A program made the position numbers and the translations under genes. Below, in pieces: positions 1 through 9,850 of a stretch of 64,000 nt of DNA (position 1 is its first letter; every line of letters begins with the position of its first letter). A model generated the notes under the pieces. The model saw only the letters and a program-made list of their open reading frames with translations, ran no database searches and was not told the DNA's origin. Source of the DNA: Klebsiella phage vB_KpM_FBKp24; the sequence record MW394391.1; one strand, 5' to 3'.

Positions 1-2
1 TA

Positions 3-183
3 AAAGAAGGCTTCGAGAAGCTGATTGCGTCTCCGGGTAAAAAGGATGAAGAACATTTTGCAGCGCTCGTTGGATTGGGTGCGGAGTTCGTCGCGGCGAT
101 GACAGAGGACGTGATTGCGCCTATGGCCGAGATCGCTGAGATCGTTGAAAAAAGAACCGCAAATAAGGAACCAGTAAATGTCT
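3..183 (+). CDS. C-terminal fragment of an upstream hypothetical gene (window-truncated)
   Basis: Open frame 3 from the window edge ends at TGA 181-183 and overlaps the next ATG (ATGTCTGA), suggesting translational coupling. Confidence 0.4.
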
Positions 184-1893
184 GATGCAGATAACATTCA
201 GGGGACTGATGAAACCCCTTCTATTCCCACTTCTGGGGTGGGTCAACCTGTCAATAAACAAGTGATCACGGACGATGTTTTTGAAGAAGCTCAAATCGTC
301 GCTCCTGAACCAGAAGAAGAAAAAGAAGAACCTGTAGAGACTGACTCGTCTGATGAAACGGGTCAGGAAAACAAAGAAGAGGAGGAACATCTACTTTTCG
401 ATGTTGAACCGAATAAATTGACCATCGACCCTACTCGCCCTATCTACGTCCGCATCGACCCGGAAGAAAAAGGGATCGCTGCTTTATCCGTTCTTCCGAC
501 GACGAGAGAAGATGCTGAGACCTTTGTAAACAGTCTCAGTACGGTGGGAGAAGAAGATCTCGAATGGGTACTGACAACAAGAAATGCCACTGATAACGCA
601 TATTTGGGTAACGGTCTGCTCAAGGCTGCGATTCGTAAAGGCGCTAAGTGGAAAGGTCAGCTTGAAAACCCTGTAACGCCTACGCCGCTTTGCGATTATC
701 GCAGCGCGTACAAGATCTTTGACCAACCCGCGACCAGAATCAGCGGTGCGGACGCCATTGACATGTTTACGGCGGGGACGAACCTCGGTCGACCGGTCAC
801 GGTTCCGCTTTGGCATTCTGGTTTCTGGGTAAAGCTGAGAGCACCTTCGGCGGCGTTCCTGGCTGACATCGATCGAGCACTGGCATTCTCTCGCGAAGAG
901 CTGGGCCTAGAGGTCTTCGGTGCTATCGGTGCTAACGACCGACTGATCTTTGATGAGATCTTGGTTGACGCTGCACTGAAATTGGTATCTGAAACCAACA
1001 TAGCTATCGCGAAGTCGCCGATGGAATTAAAAGAAGTCATTGACTACTTTGACATTGACTCTTTAATCTGGGGTATGGCGCAGGCTGCGTTCCCGGACGG
1101 TTGTGAGATCGCAATCCCATGTCCGAGTTGTCGCGGTGTAACGCACGTCAAGGCTAACCTTTTACGAATGCGTTTTGTTGACGAGTCCCGTTTAACTCAA
1201 GTGCAAATTCGTCAAATGGCAAAAGGCATTGCTCATAAAACGACTGTCGAAGAGTTGAAGAAATACAAAGAAGAATTTGAAATTCTCAACACCCAGAAGT
1301 GGGAATGGAACAAGCGGACATTTACGTTCCGTTCACCGACGATCGAAGAATATTTGACCTCCGGTCGTGAGTATATCACTTCCGTTTCCCGGGCGTTAAC
1401 AGAAACCCTGCGCGATGACGTCACTGATGACTATCGCCGTGGTCAAAGTATGAAATCAATACTGACTACGGAAGAGACGGCACGATTCCTGCATTTTATC
1501 CGGGAGATTAAAATCCCGAACACCAATGAGAAAGGGAGTGCGGATAACTACGGGATTGTTAATGACCCCCATGCTATCCTTGATATCATGCGCTATATCT
1601 CTGGCGACTATGAAGCTAGTGATGGTTTAATTGTCGCGATCAATGACTTCATTAACGATGCGATCAATACAATCATTGGTTTCCCTAATGTCAACTGTCC
1701 GGCGTGTGGGAAATTCTATCTCTCTAAAACTGGGGAAGAAACGATCATCGTCCCGTTTAATCCGGCCACGGGTTTTTTTATCCTTGCGCAACACAAGATC
1801 AGGGAAGCAGGGTCGGAGCCTCTGACGAATCTCTTGACGTTAGGTCTGACCGGTTTGCTATCCAAGGTATCGGCCAGCGAGGCTCAGGGTTAA
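178..1893 (+). CDS. hypothetical protein, 571 aa, acidic N-terminal region, two Cys clusters (CPSC..., CPACG...)
   Basis: Long ORF, acidic E/D-rich N-terminus, two CxxC-type pairs suggesting a zinc site. Coupled to the upstream gene. Confidence 0.6.
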   Translation: MSDADNIQGTDETPSIPTSGVGQPVNKQVITDDVFEEAQIVAPEPEEEKEEPVETDSSDETGQENKEEEEHLLFDVEPNKLTIDPTRPIYVRIDPEEKGIAALSVLPTTREDAETFVNSLSTVGEEDLEWVLTTRNATDNAYLGNGLLKAAIRKGAKWKGQLENPVTPTPLCDYRSAYKIFDQPATRISGADAIDMFTAGTNLGRPVTVPLWHSGFWVKLRAPSAAFLADIDRALAFSREELGLEVFGAIGANDRLIFDEILVDAALKLVSETNIAIAKSPMELKEVIDYFDIDSLIWGMAQAAFPDGCEIAIPCPSCRGVTHVKANLLRMRFVDESRLTQVQIRQMAKGIAHKTTVEELKKYKEEFEILNTQKWEWNKRTFTFRSPTIEEYLTSGREYITSVSRALTETLRDDVTDDYRRGQSMKSILTTEETARFLHFIREIKIPNTNEKGSADNYGIVNDPHAILDIMRYISGDYEASDGLIVAINDFINDAINTIIGFPNVNCPACGKFYLSKTGEETIIVPFNPATGFFILAQHKIREAGSEPLTNLLTLGLTGLLSKVSASEAQG

Positions 1894-1910
1894 TTGAGAA
1901 GGCGGGCGGT

Positions 1911-2273
1911 ATGGGTAACCTTGCCGCCAAAGTGGCGTTGCGCAGGGCGTACGACCTCGATAATCAAATTTACACCGAACACGTCGATGCGAAAGAACCC
2001 TTCTCCCTTATCGCCATGCATTCAGCAGAAGCGGCGGCAAACAAAGGGAAATGGGATGATTTGTTAGAGAAGTATCACACTCACCAGATTAAGGCGTATT
2101 TCAATTACACGTTTACTGAATGGGTGAACCAACCTAACGACCTCGTTGAGAAACAGATTAATATTTCGATACGATGGAGAGAGCGTGAAGTCGGTGTGAA
2201 AGACGAAGAAACAAAAGAGTTAGAAGCCCAGTTAGCAAAGAACGGGGTTCCGATTCCTCAATCTAATGTTTAA
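1911..2273 (+). CDS. hypothetical protein 120 aa
   Basis: ORF immediately downstream in the same operon, with short intergenic spacing. Confidence 0.5.
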   Translation: MGNLAAKVALRRAYDLDNQIYTEHVDAKEPFSLIAMHSAEAAANKGKWDDLLEKYHTHQIKAYFNYTFTEWVNQPNDLVEKQINISIRWREREVGVKDEETKELEAQLAKNGVPIPQSNV

Positions 2274-2281
2274 AAGGAAAA

Positions 2282-2926
2282 ATGGCTATGGCCAATAAGT
2301 TTGATAACATTCAAAAACAGTCTCAGGCGCTCTCTGATGCAGCGGATGCAATTACAGAAGCAAATACCAGTGGATCTAATGACAATACCCCTGTGAGCAC
2401 TACAGTGGCTTCTGATAGCGCAGTAGGAGGCAGTGCGAGTGTAAGTACAGTTTCTACTGCAAGTCAAAAAAGCGCCGTGGACGCGTACGCTGGGCAGTCT
2501 GATACGGTCAAACTGATTGTCGCTCATTTAGAAACTTACGTTTTGAACATGGCGCCAGAAAAAGTTCAGACCGATACGTCTCTGAAAGAAAACCAAACTA
2601 TTCTGTATCGGACGCTGGAACAACTCGTAAACCTGTCCGACGTCAATGACTTCGCCATCTGCATGAAACGGCTGTTTGCGTTGGTGCGTAAATACGAAGA
2701 TGCTGCATTTGCACCAAATATGCGTTTCCGTCGTTTAAGTCTTTTGGCGAAAGGCGATAAGCAACTGGATAAATACATCAACTTTGTTGACATGATTTGC
2801 GCCTTTGCAGTTCCGGTGGTACGTAAGTCAATTATCCAGCGTTACAATCTGGTTCGTGCGGCTGAATTCGCCAAACCGGAATATCGTGAACGACTGATCG
2901 AATTTGTTCGCGCTATCAGCGGTTAA
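2282..2926 (+). CDS. hypothetical protein 214 aa (Ser/Thr/Ala-rich N-terminal region)
   Basis: ORF with AGGAAAAATGG RBS-like context. Followed by a strong hairpin terminator. Confidence 0.55.
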   Translation: MAMANKFDNIQKQSQALSDAADAITEANTSGSNDNTPVSTTVASDSAVGGSASVSTVSTASQKSAVDAYAGQSDTVKLIVAHLETYVLNMAPEKVQTDTSLKENQTILYRTLEQLVNLSDVNDFAICMKRLFALVRKYEDAAFAPNMRFRRLSLLAKGDKQLDKYINFVDMICAFAVPVVRKSIIQRYNLVRAAEFAKPEYRERLIEFVRAISG

Positions 2927-2940
2927 TTGTCATAAGTACT

Positions 2941-2968
2941 CTCTCTTCCCGCGTTTGCGGGAAGAGAG
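2941..2968. terminator. intrinsic terminator hairpin (CTCTCTTCCCGC-GTTT-GCGGGAAGAGAG), between convergent genes
   Basis: Perfect 12-bp GC-rich inverted repeat between the + gene ending 2926 and the - gene ending 2983. Confidence 0.6.
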
Positions 2969-2982
2969 AGCTTTATAATTGT

Positions 2983-3966
2983 TTAAGCGTGTTTAAACCC
3001 TGCCCATTTAGCAGCGATGAGTTCAATGACCTTTGATCGAATATCGGCGGGAAGGTTGATGGGTAAGAAAAACTCGACTACCTTCTCCAAATCAGCAAAC
3101 GCGCTGTCTTCACTTTCTTTAAAATGTGCCGAGAAGATGGACGCTAAAGTATTAATGTTCTTTTCATCGTACATTTGCGGGTAATTAAATCCCCTGAAAA
3201 GACCCTTTAATTTTTCTAAGTCTTCGACGTTATCCAGATCAATAACCATTTTTCTTCGGTCAGACTGATTTTCTTGGATTTTGTTTACTCCGATAGCGGT
3301 AGGAGTAAAATGAGGATCTGGAACTTCAACTGGGTATAATGGTTGAACTGAGTATGGAGGAGCGTGGCGCTGGAAATGATCGATATCGACGTCTTCCCTC
3401 ATCCCCGGAAAGATTTCATCAAAACGTTCTTTGATACCCGAAGGAGTTGGTTCTTCAACACGAGAGGTATCGTTGAAGAGTAAATCAAAACCAATGATAG
3501 AAACCGATCCATTTGGAATTACTTCGCCTTCTGCTTCAGGGTCGATCTGATCTTGAGGTTTAGGGTATAAGTATTTACCGTTCGATACCAGTCGAGGTAC
3601 GAAATTATACTCCCCTTTCACAAGTCCGGTTTGGTAAGACATTAAATGGTCATGTGGGGTATTTGGGTTCAATAGCGTAATTTTACAGGAGATAATCGTA
3701 CCGGAAATATCCAGTTTGAGAAGACTGGTATTAACGGTGAACTTTGCTTCGTTCAGTAGCGGGAAGAAATTCTCCTCACGATCCCATTTCTTAGCGTCGG
3801 TACGATTGATAACACTCACGTAAGCTAACCCGGATAATGGACCTACGATGTTACCTATTGCCCGCATTAACTCTTTCACTGGGACGCCGGTGCTTTGCGA
3901 AACTTCATATAACGAAAAATAAACGATAATGCTGTCGTTACTGACTACTTTAGCTTGATGGTTCAT
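2983..3966 (-). CDS. hypothetical protein 327 aa
   Basis: Long minus-strand ORF with no recognisable motifs. Confidence 0.6.
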   Translation of the reverse strand: MNHQAKVVSNDSIIVYFSLYEVSQSTGVPVKELMRAIGNIVGPLSGLAYVSVINRTDAKKWDREENFFPLLNEAKFTVNTSLLKLDISGTIISCKITLLNPNTPHDHLMSYQTGLVKGEYNFVPRLVSNGKYLYPKPQDQIDPEAEGEVIPNGSVSIIGFDLLFNDTSRVEEPTPSGIKERFDEIFPGMREDVDIDHFQRHAPPYSVQPLYPVEVPDPHFTPTAIGVNKIQENQSDRRKMVIDLDNVEDLEKLKGLFRGFNYPQMYDEKNINTLASIFSAHFKESEDSAFADLEKVVEFFLPINLPADIRSKVIELIAAKWAGFKHA

Positions 3967-4025
3967 CTTGACCGTACCTTTTGTTTGTTAGAGTCTCCTA
4001 GCGGACTCATAATAGTTATAGGTAC

Positions 4026-6032
4026 GTGGATTTTGTTATGAGCACTAATTACGATAGGGGAATCACTGTGTTTAATTTTGCAAAAGCAGCTTTCGGAATG
4101 GTAGAGGTTGAAGAAGCAAACGGAAAAATCAAAATCACTGCTATCCGTTCTAAAGACGCGTTAAATGAAATTTATAATACTTGGCGAACATCTCGCATTG
4201 AACAAAGTATGTTCACTAAGATTACGCCCTACAGTATCGAGTTCTATAGTTTCTTTGCAGTAGAATTCGTTTACATACTGGATAAAATTATTGCCAAATC
4301 TGGCAGAAGCATGATTGCAAAGAAAACATTGAAACAAGTTAAAGAGGGCATTTTAACAAACACTTGGATGCGTTCTACTCAGATGGATCACGATCCTATT
4401 TTAGATCGTAGTAAACTGAGTCTGTTCACTAAAAGCCCACTCCGTCATCAAATGGAATTCATCGACCTCTACGACGACGTCGTTCCTAAATGGCAGCTAA
4501 ATGGATATTGCTTAGCAATGGGGACTGGCTCAGGAAAAACTCTCTCGTCGCTAATGATTGCAGAAATGCTCAACGTTGACATTATTGTCATGATATCATT
4601 AAAGGCGTCTATTTATCGTGTCTGGGAAGATGCGATGCAAAATGATTACAAGAAGACACCTGAATATTGGATTCAGGCGCGTGATGGGTCATTACCCTCT
4701 GGAACATTACCAAAGTATTTAATTTACCACATGGAAGCCATTGGTAAATTACTGGAAGATTCCGGGCGATTCACTGGTAAGAAAGTTGCGTTAATCCTCG
4801 ACGAATCCCACAAACTAAATGAACTAACTTCTCAACGTACGCAAGATATCTTACAATTCTGCAAACGTGTTCAGCCTGTTACAACGCTATGGGCTTCTGC
4901 TACGCCTATCAAAGCATATGGCTCTGAAGCCATCCCGATGCTGGCGACATTTGATAAAATGATGACGTTAGAGGCTATGGAAGCCTTTAAGAAACTGTAC
5001 GGGAAGTCAAGTAAGAAATGTTTCGACATCATTCGTCATCGTATGGGTAATGTAACATTTAAAGTGGAGGTTGTTAAATCCAACCCAATCATCGAGAACG
5101 TTCCGGTCAAACTGAAAGACCCAGAGAAGTTTTTATTGTCTACGTTGAAAATGGACATGAAAGATTATATTCTGGAACGCATTGCGTATTGGAAAAATCT
5201 CGAACCACAAGTTAAGCTGGGTTATTATTCTGGCGTAGACAAATACGCTCGTACTGTTAAGACTAAAGAACAAGAAGCTCAATTAAAACAATACCGACGT
5301 TTTGTTGAGCAAATCTCTAAAACCACCGATTACCAAATGGTGAAAGAAGAGATGATGTTCTGTAATAAGTTCGAAAAGAATTTAATCGAACCCTTACTGC
5401 GCGGAGAAGATTTAAAGAATTTCCGTAGTTACAAATCGGTGATCAAATATTTACCGTTAAAAGTCCGTGGTGAGTGTTTAGGTAACGTCGTAGGGAAGCG
5501 AAGGGAAGAAGTTACGCTTGCTTTAATACCAGCGTGTGATCTGCCTAAATACATTAAGGCGGCGGAGAAGAAAACTATTGTTTTTACCAGCTACGTGAAA
5601 GCGGTGGAAATAACAGAAGACTATCTGGTGTCGAAAGGGTTCAAACCGGTAACTGTTTACGGAGAGGGTGAAGATTTAACTAAACAAGTGAAACGGTTCT
5701 TTGATGACAATAACATTAACCCATTAATTGCAACGTATCAAAGTTTATCTACTTCCGTTCCGTTGATTGCCGCAAACGTTATTTTAGCTATTAATGCACC
5801 GTTCCGTGATTACATCATGGAACAAGCTATTGGTCGTATTGACCGTATTAACCAAAGCGCACAAACTTATGTCTTTAAATTCTATTTGGAGACATCGGAA
5901 CCTAATATCAGTAGCCGCACACTTGATATCTTAACCTGGTCGGAAGAACAGGTGAATCAGATACTCGGTGTGAAAGAGGAAGCGGTCGCGTTGGAAGCTT
6001 GGTCGCTTGAAGCTATCCCGCAGTACACGTAA
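4026..6032 (+). CDS. SF2 DExH-box helicase (SNF2/UvsW-like)
   Basis: Motif I AMGTGSGKT, motif II LILDESHKL, motif III WASATP. C-terminal helicase domain features. Confidence 0.8.
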   Translation: MDFVMSTNYDRGITVFNFAKAAFGMVEVEEANGKIKITAIRSKDALNEIYNTWRTSRIEQSMFTKITPYSIEFYSFFAVEFVYILDKIIAKSGRSMIAKKTLKQVKEGILTNTWMRSTQMDHDPILDRSKLSLFTKSPLRHQMEFIDLYDDVVPKWQLNGYCLAMGTGSGKTLSSLMIAEMLNVDIIVMISLKASIYRVWEDAMQNDYKKTPEYWIQARDGSLPSGTLPKYLIYHMEAIGKLLEDSGRFTGKKVALILDESHKLNELTSQRTQDILQFCKRVQPVTTLWASATPIKAYGSEAIPMLATFDKMMTLEAMEAFKKLYGKSSKKCFDIIRHRMGNVTFKVEVVKSNPIIENVPVKLKDPEKFLLSTLKMDMKDYILERIAYWKNLEPQVKLGYYSGVDKYARTVKTKEQEAQLKQYRRFVEQISKTTDYQMVKEEMMFCNKFEKNLIEPLLRGEDLKNFRSYKSVIKYLPLKVRGECLGNVVGKRREEVTLALIPACDLPKYIKAAEKKTIVFTSYVKAVEITEDYLVSKGFKPVTVYGEGEDLTKQVKRFFDDNNINPLIATYQSLSTSVPLIAANVILAINAPFRDYIMEQAIGRIDRINQSAQTYVFKFYLETSEPNISSRTLDILTWSEEQVNQILGVKEEAVALEAWSLEAIPQYT

Positions 6033-6056
6033 CAAAAAAAAAGAATAGAGTAGACA

Positions 6057-6088
6057 GTTTCCCTACTGCCTAACGGCAGTAGGGAAAC
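6057..6088. terminator. bidirectional intrinsic terminator (GTTTCCCTACTGCC-TAAC-GGCAGTAGGGAAAC)
   Basis: 14-bp perfect stem flanked by an A-run upstream and T-rich sequence downstream. Sits between convergent genes. Confidence 0.65.
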
Positions 6089-6093
6089 TTATA

Positions 6094-6483
6094 TTAGTTT
6101 GCGTCGGTTAAATCGAGGAATTCAATCCCCATGAAAACGCAGAGAGAAGGATCGGTAGTTGACGAGTTGGCGTACATGACCCGTATACGCGTGTCAATGA
6201 ACCGTGAGACGGCTGCAGTGAACTCGATAGGGTGAATGTATTGCTCTGGGCGAATAGGGTTCTTAAACGCTTTAGGGAACGTTGGAGGAAGGGAATTAAT
6301 CAGATCATAGTCCCATTCCCCCATAGCCGCGTACGTCTTGAGCATGATCTCTGCTTTTTGTTTGGCTTCTGCGACGCAGGGCTTCGCGTATTTCACATCA
6401 GGAGAATTATACCCCTCGGCAGCCACAGAGGAGAATGCTACAGCAGAGAGGATAAATGCGATCAGTAATTTTTTCATTTTCAT
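6094..6483 (-). CDS. secreted small protein with N-terminal signal peptide
   Basis: MKMKKLLIAFILSAVAFSSVAAEG is a typical Sec signal peptide with an AxA-like cleavage site. Confidence 0.6.
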   Translation of the reverse strand: MKMKKLLIAFILSAVAFSSVAAEGYNSPDVKYAKPCVAEAKQKAEIMLKTYAAMGEWDYDLINSLPPTFPKAFKNPIRPEQYIHPIEFTAAVSRFIDTRIRVMYANSSTTDPSLCVFMGIEFLDLTDAN

Positions 6484-6507
6484 TTCCTTGTTGTCGGTTA
6501 CGGTTAA

Positions 6508-7044
6508 TTAAGCGGTGTAATAAATAGTGGTGATACCGAGGTCTTGGTAGAGCGATGCTGCCTTAAGGGCTTCGTAATAAGTTAAGGTGTCAAATTTTGC
6601 ACCGAGATCATGTGCAAAACAAGTTGCTGAACTGTATTTCTGCGGATAGAACTCTTTGTAGAACAAACGCTGTTGTTCTGGAATATCGTAGTGATTTGCG
6701 GCGAAACTGCAAATATACGGTTCATTAAACAAGTGACGAATAAGGGTCACTGATATGCTATTAATTTGGTGGGAAGGTACTGCTGTAATAACGGGAGCGA
6801 TAAAATAAAGCTCGCCGTGATAGATAGAATAACTAAACCCTTTGACTCCGATTATTCTAAGATACAAAAGAAAGTCTTCCCACGGCGTCTTTTCCCCGGG
6901 AGTTGGGATGTTAGTAGGCTGAAACTTGAAATCGAACATGTCTGTGTAATAAAAATTACACTTGGTCACGCTAGAAAATAAAAATCTTTTCGCGGCGAGT
7001 TCGACGTGCTTATTAACCTGGGCTTCTGTCAGCGTAGTATTCAT
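6508..7044 (-). CDS. hypothetical protein 178 aa
   Basis: ORF with the promoter-like motif and a hairpin upstream (7077-7117). Confidence 0.55.
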   Translation of the reverse strand: MNTTLTEAQVNKHVELAAKRFLFSSVTKCNFYYTDMFDFKFQPTNIPTPGEKTPWEDFLLYLRIIGVKGFSYSIYHGELYFIAPVITAVPSHQINSISVTLIRHLFNEPYICSFAANHYDIPEQQRLFYKEFYPQKYSSATCFAHDLGAKFDTLTYYEALKAASLYQDLGITTIYYTA

Positions 7045-7076
7045 TTTGTTTCCTCATTCTATTAGGTTACATTAGA

Positions 7077-7087
7077 GTGATATATGC
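7077..7087 (-). promoter_or_regulatory. conserved promoter-like motif (plus-strand GTGATATATGC = TATATATCAC class read on minus)
   Basis: One of at least 8 copies of the RGTGATATATAC motif located 30-120 nt upstream of minus-strand gene starts, usually just after a terminator hairpin. Confidence 0.4.
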
Positions 7088-7357
7088 ATAAAACTGAATG
7101 GAGACCCAGGTCTCCATTCAGTGGACTATAAGAAAGTTTTCACTACTGACCATCGTTCTTCTTCATTCAATTCATCGAGGTCCGGACTCGTTGTCCCTCT
7201 ACGGAAGGTTTGGCTAAATTTCTCACCTGCTTTATCAGCATCCCCTAAACAAACAAATTCATAAGGGAGTAATAACAGCTGCTGTTTAAGGTGAGGGGAA
7301 AGATCGGAGCCCAAGGCGCTCCAACTGTTTAAACCGAGAGCGTGAAGACTAGCCGAT

Positions 7358-7627
7358 TTAAAGACGGACTCCGTTAAAAATACAGGACCGGGTTGAAGTA
7401 CTAATTTCTAAGCCGAAAACACCAACATTACCAAGGAGTCTCGTAAAGTATCGCGCTTCTTTTGGATTCTTTGTTTTCTTAGGTGCCCCTGGCGTGTAAA
7501 CTTGATACCCTCTCAGTTTATGGTCGAAACCAAATAACGGGACGGTTAAGGTATCTTCAGTTAACCAGTTAGTCGGGTAACGGTTTACGTCGTAATGACG
7601 CGTAAGTAAATGTTCGGTCATGTTCAT
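7358..7627 (-). CDS. hypothetical small protein
   Basis: ORF only. It overlaps the alternative ORF 7569-7841, and the region is ambiguous. Confidence 0.3.
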   Translation of the reverse strand: MNMTEHLLTRHYDVNRYPTNWLTEDTLTVPLFGFDHKLRGYQVYTPGAPKKTKNPKEARYFTRLLGNVGVFGLEISTSTRSCIFNGVRL

Positions 7628-7827
7628 TGTTTAGGCTCTCTATTTGATAATCAAACCGAATGTCATTTATTCTCGGAGTTGTTCTGACCGTGAAAGAGTG
7701 GCAAAAGCAATCGTCACTAACTATCGGTTTAAAAAGTAAGTTGGGATTTTCAAATTTCAATGGGTTAGTAATGGCAGCAGATAATACAGAATTAATCTGC
7801 ATACCCACGAAAATACTGATTGCGTTC

Positions 7828-8028
7828 TTAACGAACATCATTCCTCCTTTGGTTTAATTCTGTTCTGGTCGGTTTTTCAGCATCAATAGGCTCCAACCAA
7901 AAATGATTACATTCCCTACATTCCCAAGTTATTTCATTGTCTTCCTCATCGTAGACCTGAGAGCAATTCATAGCTTGACAAATAGGGCAATCTACCCCCG
8001 TCCATTGTATTGTCATGGTTTTACACAC
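7828..8028 (-). CDS. small zinc-ribbon protein (CPIC...CRECNHFW)
   Basis: Two CxxC pairs. GTG start in the ORF track, or an internal ATG. Confidence 0.45.
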   Translation of the reverse strand: MCKTMTIQWTGVDCPICQAMNCSQVYDEEDNEITWECRECNHFWLEPIDAEKPTRTELNQRRNDVR

Positions 8029-8513
8029 ATGTATTTGGTCTGCTCCAGGAAACCCTGAGACTCATAAAATTTCTGAGCAGAAGTATTGTAAAGGTGTACC
8101 GATAAACTAACCTGATCGATAGCTAGGTGTTTTGCGAACATCCTAACCTGATTCACTAATGCTTTACCATAACCGTTACGACGATAAAGGCGTTTAACGT
8201 AAAGATAACTAATCGACATCCAGTTAACGCTACCGTTAGCGATAGGCTGCGTATATTCAACAAACCCGACTACTTCTTCTTTATTTACCGCTAAGAGGAT
8301 ATTAGTCTGGTCCGTCCAACGATCGATCAGTCTTTCCGTTTTCTTCTCGTTGGTGAGAATATCTAGGTTACTCCGGGATTTCCAGAACGTGGCCTCTTTT
8401 TTATCCATGTCATGGAACATCTCTAAAAGTTCTTTTTCGTACTTGGCGGTTTCTGGGTCTTCTGGACCGAGTAATAAAACAAATTCCATTGGTTCTCTCC
8501 TGGTTGATGGCAT
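8013..8513 (-). CDS. GNAT family N-acetyltransferase
   Basis: GNAT motif A RRNGYGKALVNQV (R/QxxGxG/A acetyl-CoA binding), about 166 aa. Confidence 0.7.
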   Translation of the reverse strand: MPSTRREPMEFVLLLGPEDPETAKYEKELLEMFHDMDKKEATFWKSRSNLDILTNEKKTERLIDRWTDQTNILLAVNKEEVVGFVEYTQPIANGSVNWMSISYLYVKRLYRRNGYGKALVNQVRMFAKHLAIDQVSLSVHLYNTSAQKFYESQGFLEQTKYMCVKP

Positions 8514-8682
8514 AAAGGGAAGAGCTTACGCCCCTCCCTCAGCCCGAGTAATTGAATGTCTCACGACAAGCAACGTCGTATTGTTGCCACGCTGATTTCT
8601 CAGACGAAGCTACCGCGCTGGCATCGCAGTTCGGTTAACAGGTGGTGCTGTTCATAAGACAGCACCCGACTGTAAAATTAAA

Positions 8683-8835
8683 TCAACTACCCAGTTTGTC
8701 AACGACTTTGTCTTTCACTTCGTTAAACTTGTCAGCGACTTTATCCAGGGTAGGATCCATTTTCGCTTTGTGTTTACGGTAAACAAAGATTGCGATGACC
8801 GCAACAACCAGAACACCTGCAATAGTACCAATCAT
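8683..8835 (-). CDS. small single-pass membrane protein (about 50 aa)
   Basis: Hand-translated MIGTIAGVLVVAVIAIFVYRKHKAKMDPTLDKVADKFNEVKDKVVDKLGS. Not in the ORF track because it is shorter than 60 aa. Confidence 0.5.
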   Translation of the reverse strand: MIGTIAGVLVVAVIAIFVYRKHKAKMDPTLDKVADKFNEVKDKVVDKLGS

Positions 8836-8890
8836 GGTATTTTACCTTTAAAAAATAAGATTAACTGATTCATAAAAATAACAGCATAAA

Positions 8891-8912
8891 GAGAGGGCCT
8901 TCCGGCCCTCTC
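8891..8912 (-). terminator. intrinsic terminator (GAGAGGGCC-TTCC-GGCCCTCTC) followed on the minus strand by a T-rich run
   Basis: 9-bp GC stem then TTTATGCTGTTATTTTTATG on the minus strand. Lies downstream of the tRNA/ncRNA region. Confidence 0.55.
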
Positions 8913-9671
8913 TCGTACTGACTTAGCGTCAAAGGAATTTGAGCAGTTAAATCGTACTGTAACCGCAGTGAAGATTTATCATGCTCGCTTTCCTTCGTGT
9001 TTCAGTCGCCACCGAAACACCTACTTTCTCGGCTATACGAGTTAGCTTAATTTCCAGATTTTTAATACCCGATCCCTTCTACGTTGGAGAAATGGATCGA
9101 ATAGAGGTGACGCCCCCCGGACATTTTTGCCGGCTTCTTATACCCCTTTCGCCGACGCATCGGCTGGGGTTAATGGTCTGTGGCCGCCTATTTTCGCTCT
9201 GAGGCGTAGGCCGCCGAAAATGACAGGCGTCATAATTAGTACCCCTCGGCCGATTCCGCGGCGCGTTTAACCGGCGGGTCGCCGAAGTCTTTGTCTCCCC
9301 AGAGTTACTACTGTGCTATTACACGGTAGACAAATCATTCAGGAATTGAACCTGAACTCCCTTAGCTAACAAGCCTCTACTATTGACCAGGAATCTAACC
9401 TGCACTCGCTGTAAACAATATCACTTGACTAGAGTAGTATTGTAAAGGTGGTTGATAGGTACCGAATCGAACGGCTATCTCGGGCTCCCATGTTAAGGCG
9501 CCCCTCGCATGGGAGGGGGCCTAATGCCCGCGCTTTACCTTTAAGCTAGCCTATCATTGAAAAGGTTCTCCATACCCAGTGGGTACTACCTACACCCGCT
9601 TTCGCATCATGAATAAAGAATAGCGTCATTGACGACTAAACAATTCAACGGTAGTCTACATGGAGATAATT

Positions 9672-9761
9672 TGGCAGAGAGTGAGAGATTTGAACTCTCG
9701 GTACCCTTTCGGATACATTCCCTTAGCAGGGGAACGACTTAAACCACTCATCCAACTCTCT
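9672..9761 (-). tRNA. tRNA-Ser (anticodon GCU), type II with long variable arm, CCA encoded
   Basis: Acceptor AGAGAGT/ACTCTCT, anticodon arm TTCCC-CTGCTAA-GGGAA, variable arm TGTATCCGAAAGGGTACC, T-arm GAGAG-TTCAAAT-CTCTC. Confidence 0.8.
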
Positions 9762-9769
9762 ATTAAAAT

Positions 9770-9844
9770 GCGACTCTTCCAGGACTTGAACCTGGGACCT
9801 ACAGCTTAACAGGCTGCCGTTCTAACCAACTGAACTAAAGAGTC
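9770..9844 (-). tRNA. tRNA-Asn (anticodon GUU)
   Basis: Acceptor GACTCTT/AAGAGTC (7/7), D-arm GTTC...GAAC, loop CTGTTAA, T-arm CCAGG-TTCAAGT-CCTGG. Confidence 0.85.
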
Positions 9845-9850
9845 ATTATT

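Noticed and set aside
8981-9202. 73-aa plus-strand ORF in the region upstream of the tRNA cluster
   Set aside because: The composition is not protein-like (MLAFLRVSVATETPT...) and there is no RBS. The region is better explained as structured non-coding RNA or promoter sequence.
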